Sequence record: MT129654.1
Source: Escherichia phage MN04
DNA: 64,000 nt
Reading direction: 5' to 3' (one strand)
In this document: positions 60,749 through 64,000 of the stretch, piece after piece
How the letters are laid out: every line of letters starts with the position of its first letter
Position numbering within the stretch: the stretch's first letter is position 1
Translations under genes and position numbers: made by a program
The notes under the pieces: model-generated
The model's database searches: none
What the model was told of the DNA's origin: nothing
The model's input: only the letters and a program-made list of their open reading frames with translations

Positions 60749-60976
60749 TTAGAAATCTTCCTCTTCCTCGTCGTCCATCGACTCCAATTCAGCTCTCTTA
60801 CCAGCCAATGCATCACGCACGCTAATATCGTCCGAATCACGAAGTTCAGCTTCCTTACTACGAGTTTTGTAATACTTCTCTAATTCCTCCAGACCTTCCA
60901 TGGTCTGACAGGAACTAATTTTAGACATGAAGCTCTCGATAGAGGCTTCATAGATAACTTCTTTAAAGGACTTCAT
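60749..60976 (-). CDS. uvsW.1: UvsW.1 small protein
   Basis: 75 aa acidic C-terminus; immediately downstream of uvsW as in T4. Confidence 0.6.
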   Translation of the reverse strand: MKSFKEVIYEASIESFMSKISSCQTMEGLEELEKYYKTRSKEAELRDSDDISVRDALAGKRAELESMDDEEEEDF

Positions 60977-62469
60977 AAATCCACCTGTTTCATTACGTAA
61001 TTAAATTTCTCGTCAGCATAACGTTGAATACGTTCTAAGGCATGTTTTAATGCATAATTCAAATGAACATATTTCTTTTTAGCATTTGCTGATTTAGGCT
61101 TAACGCCCATGTCGTCTATAATGTCCCAAACTTGTGCTGTTGATTTAGAAGCATGTTTACGGAGTACACGACCAATTGTCTGGAGTACAATGATTTTGGA
61201 TTTTACCGGATGAGCAAATACAACATGATGAAGGTTCTTAACGGAAATACCAGTAGAGAACACACCATAACTTGCCACAACAATAATACCCTTACCATTT
61301 TCCGCCATTACTTTCAGAGCATTACGCGTTTCGGTATTAACTTCACCTGATACGTAATAAACTTCTTTATGTTGCTCTTTAACCATTTCAAAAAGAGTTT
61401 TACCGTGTTCGATGTTTTTAAACATCAGGAATACGTTCTCTTCTTTCTTAGCGAGTTTAACAGCTAAATTAGCAACCCATTTATTACGACGAGTAGCCTT
61501 AGTAATGACCTTTATTTCTGATTGGTAATCTTTACCTTTCATCTTAACAGTGAATTCATCCGGATAACGAAGGAAAATACTGTTGATTTTAAGGTCTGTA
61601 ACCTGTCCTTCTTCCATTAACTGTGAAGTGGATACTGGCTTAAACACATCACCAAACAAACCCATATACTGCATTAAATTGGCTTTACCATCTTTTAAAG
61701 AACCGGACAAACCGAATTTAAACATACAATTGGTTAGGCCTTCGATGATGGTAGAAATTGATTTACCTGTCGCCAAATGGCATTCGTCGTTCATAAACAT
61801 ACCAAACTGAGCAAACCATTCTTTAGGTTGTTTAATAGCCGTTTGATAAGTTGAAACATAAATCATTGCATCGGAATCACGAGCAGTACCTGAACGAATA
61901 CCAAGCATAGCATCTTTAGGGAACAAACGATAATCAATGAAGTCATTAATCATCTGGTCGACAAGTGCAGTAGTAGGAACTAAGATAAGAATTTTACCTT
62001 CATAGTTCTCAACGTAATATCGACTAAGGAGCGCCTGAATCAATGATTTACCTGCAGATGTAGGTAAATTCAGAATTGCACGACGTTTTGTCAGACCGTT
62101 GTATACGGCTTCATTCTGATACCAATGTGGCTCAATCTTGGTAGAACCTGAATAAATCTCTTGTGAAGCTACCCATGAGTCAAAATCTTCACGTGAAATA
62201 TCTTCTTGTTCAAGAATTCGTGGGTCTATCCAAAGAGAGTATTCAAACTGGTCAGCGAATTTTTTAATTTGTGGGACTAGACCATACGGGAGTTTACGGT
62301 TATAATCTAGAAGACGAATTCTCCCATCCCATTGCCCGTAACGGTATTTAGGGTTAAATTTATATCCATCAGCTTCAAAGCTGAAATAGTCTCTGAGTTC
62401 GTAGAAGGTGGATTCATCACACTCAACACGAACATGACTAAAATTATCAAAATGTACTTGAATTTGCAT
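60973..62469 (-). CDS. uvsW: RNA-DNA and DNA-DNA helicase UvsW
   Basis: 498 aa; Walker A LPTSAGKS; DECH box MNDECHL; matches T4 UvsW. Confidence 0.85.
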   Translation of the reverse strand: MQIQVHFDNFSHVRVECDESTFYELRDYFSFEADGYKFNPKYRYGQWDGRIRLLDYNRKLPYGLVPQIKKFADQFEYSLWIDPRILEQEDISREDFDSWVASQEIYSGSTKIEPHWYQNEAVYNGLTKRRAILNLPTSAGKSLIQALLSRYYVENYEGKILILVPTTALVDQMINDFIDYRLFPKDAMLGIRSGTARDSDAMIYVSTYQTAIKQPKEWFAQFGMFMNDECHLATGKSISTIIEGLTNCMFKFGLSGSLKDGKANLMQYMGLFGDVFKPVSTSQLMEEGQVTDLKINSIFLRYPDEFTVKMKGKDYQSEIKVITKATRRNKWVANLAVKLAKKEENVFLMFKNIEHGKTLFEMVKEQHKEVYYVSGEVNTETRNALKVMAENGKGIIVVASYGVFSTGISVKNLHHVVFAHPVKSKIIVLQTIGRVLRKHASKSTAQVWDIIDDMGVKPKSANAKKKYVHLNYALKHALERIQRYADEKFNYVMKQVDL

Positions 62470-62483
62470 GTCTAATTCTCAGT

Positions 62484-62505
62484 TATAAATATAACTATAT
62501 TTATA
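62484..62505. promoter_or_regulatory. divergent late promoters for Inh-like gene (plus) and uvsW (minus)
   Basis: TATAAATA at 62484-62491 (plus) and reverse complement at 62498-62505. Confidence 0.5.
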
Positions 62506-62524
62506 CACCAACAAGAGACTAATT

Positions 62525-63196
62525 ATGGATACTCAATATATTGAAGAGCTTCGTGCACTCGAAGATAAAAAAGAAGCTAAAGCTAAGTTAATCGAATACG
62601 GCGAACAGTTCGGTTTAAAACTTAAGAAAACCCGTTCGTTTGATAATTTGATTATCGATATCTCTGAAGGCCTTAAAGCCTTGGCTGACGAACCACTCCC
62701 AGAAACCGAAGGTTTGTCTATTTCTGATTTGATTGATGCTGCTGACGAACTCACCGGTGATAACGATTTTATCGAAGGTGCAGAACCAGCTAAAGAAGAA
62801 GCAACCCTGTTGTTCGATGCTCCTGAGGCGGTTGTTGAAGTAATAGAGGTAGCCGAACTTCCTAAGGTAGAGATTATTGAAGAGGATGCCCCATTTGTCG
62901 AAGAGAAATTCAAAGAGGCTGTAGCCAAGGTTATTGAATCGGAAAAACCTGTGTTCTCTTTACCCGAAAACTTCAGTCCTAATCTTTTGCTTATCGGTAA
63001 GAACCCTGGATTCTGTACTGTTCCATGGTGGATTTATCAGTGGATTTCTGAGACTCCGGATTGGAAAGAACGTCCAACTGCTTTCCCACATCCTACTGCA
63101 CACCAAACACTATTCAGCTTGATTTATTACATCAATCGTAATGGGTCTGTTCTAATACGAGAAACTCGTAACTCATCTTTTGTCACTTTAAAATAA
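62525..63196 (+). CDS. acidic protein at the T4 inh position (possible prohead protease inhibitor Inh)
   Basis: 223 aa; located between uvsW and hoc; late promoter upstream; identity not verified. Confidence 0.4.
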   Translation: MDTQYIEELRALEDKKEAKAKLIEYGEQFGLKLKKTRSFDNLIIDISEGLKALADEPLPETEGLSISDLIDAADELTGDNDFIEGAEPAKEEATLLFDAPEAVVEVIEVAELPKVEIIEEDAPFVEEKFKEAVAKVIESEKPVFSLPENFSPNLLLIGKNPGFCTVPWWIYQWISETPDWKERPTAFPHPTAHQTLFSLIYYINRNGSVLIRETRNSSFVTLK

Positions 63197-63205
63197 GGGT
63201 TTATT

Positions 63206-64000
63206 ATGGCTTATACCGTATCTATTGCTCCTTTGGCGGCTACGGCCGTTATTGGAGCAACAACCAATTTCACTGCGACCGGTTCCGGTGCTGCAGCTGA
63301 AGGTACCGAATCATTTGTCTGGACCGTTGATGGCGTTCCTCAATCTTCTGTAACTGCAGCAATGGCTTATGTCGCTGTTGGTCCAGCAGGCAGTAAGACT
63401 ATTAAAGTTGTTGCAACTACCACTCCGGCAGACGGTGAACCGGAAACTGCTGAGGCTGAGACAACTTTAACTATCCAGAATAAAACAATGTCAGGTGTTT
63501 CTATTACATTAACCCCAGAATCAATTAATGTTCCTGAAGGAACTCCGGCTTCTTTTAAAGCTACTGTAGCCGGTGCGCCTGCTGGTGCTACTTTTGCCTA
63601 TTCTTGGAAGAAAGACGGTTCTCCTGTAGTTGGCACCACGGATACTTTAGCAATCGACACAAGCGCCGAAGGTTCCCAGTTAATTGAAGTTTCTGTTGTT
63701 GTATCTGCTACAGATTATAACCAGGCAACTGTCACAAAAACTGGTAATGTAACAGTCACAGCTAAAGTCGCACCAGTTCCAGATGGTGAATTACCTTACG
63801 TTCATCCATTGCCAGTACGCAATTCAGCTTATATCTGGTGCGGATGGTGGGTTATGGATGAAATTCAGAAAATGACTCTTGCCGGACAAGACTGGAAAAC
63901 TGATGACCCAGATAGCCCGTATTATTTGCACCGATATACACTTCAAAAAATGATTACCGATTATCCGGAGGTTGATGTACAAGAATCTCGTAATGGTCGA
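63206..64000 (+). CDS. hoc: Hoc outer capsid decoration protein (Ig-like domains), 3'-truncated at window edge
   Basis: Ig-like repeats; PYVHPLPVRNSAYIWCGWWVMDEIQKMT and DWKTDDPDSPYYLHRYTLQKM match T4 Hoc capsid-binding domain. Confidence 0.8.
   Translation, partial: MAYTVSIAPLAATAVIGATTNFTATGSGAAAEGTESFVWTVDGVPQSSVTAAMAYVAVGPAGSKTIKVVATTTPADGEPETAEAETTLTIQNKTMSGVSITLTPESINVPEGTPASFKATVAGAPAGATFAYSWKKDGSPVVGTTDTLAIDTSAEGSQLIEVSVVVSATDYNQATVTKTGNVTVTAKVAPVPDGELPYVHPLPVRNSAYIWCGWWVMDEIQKMTLAGQDWKTDDPDSPYYLHRYTLQKMITDYPEVDVQESRNGR

Overview
This window is a contiguous segment of a T4-like (T-even) myovirus genome, read in descending T4 map order. No rRNA, tRNA or CRISPR array was found. Gene order is: topoisomerase gene 39 (5'-truncated) - rIIA - rIIB - ndd/stp/ac - gene 52 - motA - asiA, then on the minus strand holin t and the long-tail-fibre genes 38-37-36-35-34, then on the plus strand rnh-dsbA-33-59-32-frd-td-nrdA-nrdB-denA-rnlA-alc-spanins-pseT-cd-31-rIII, a variable block of small ORFs, DNA ligase (30), two tandem Alt-like ADP-ribosyltransferases, then baseplate genes 54-48-29-28-27-51 (minus), 26-25-uvsY (plus), uvsW (minus), an Inh-like gene and hoc (3'-truncated). 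Calls rest on protein motifs I could read in the translations, synteny with T4, and promoter/terminator patterns; no database search was run. Many track ORFs begin at TTG/GTG, so several starts were moved to the first ATG with a Shine-Dalgarno. The best candidates for something new are the duplicated Alt-like ADP-ribosyltransferases, a NADAR/HAD hydrolase pair just upstream of ligase, the promoter-stem-loop cassettes that frame small unknown ORFs, and a GC-rich 354-bp non-coding island after rIII. td and nrdB are intron-free, gene 39 is unsplit, and no homing endonuclease genes were seen.
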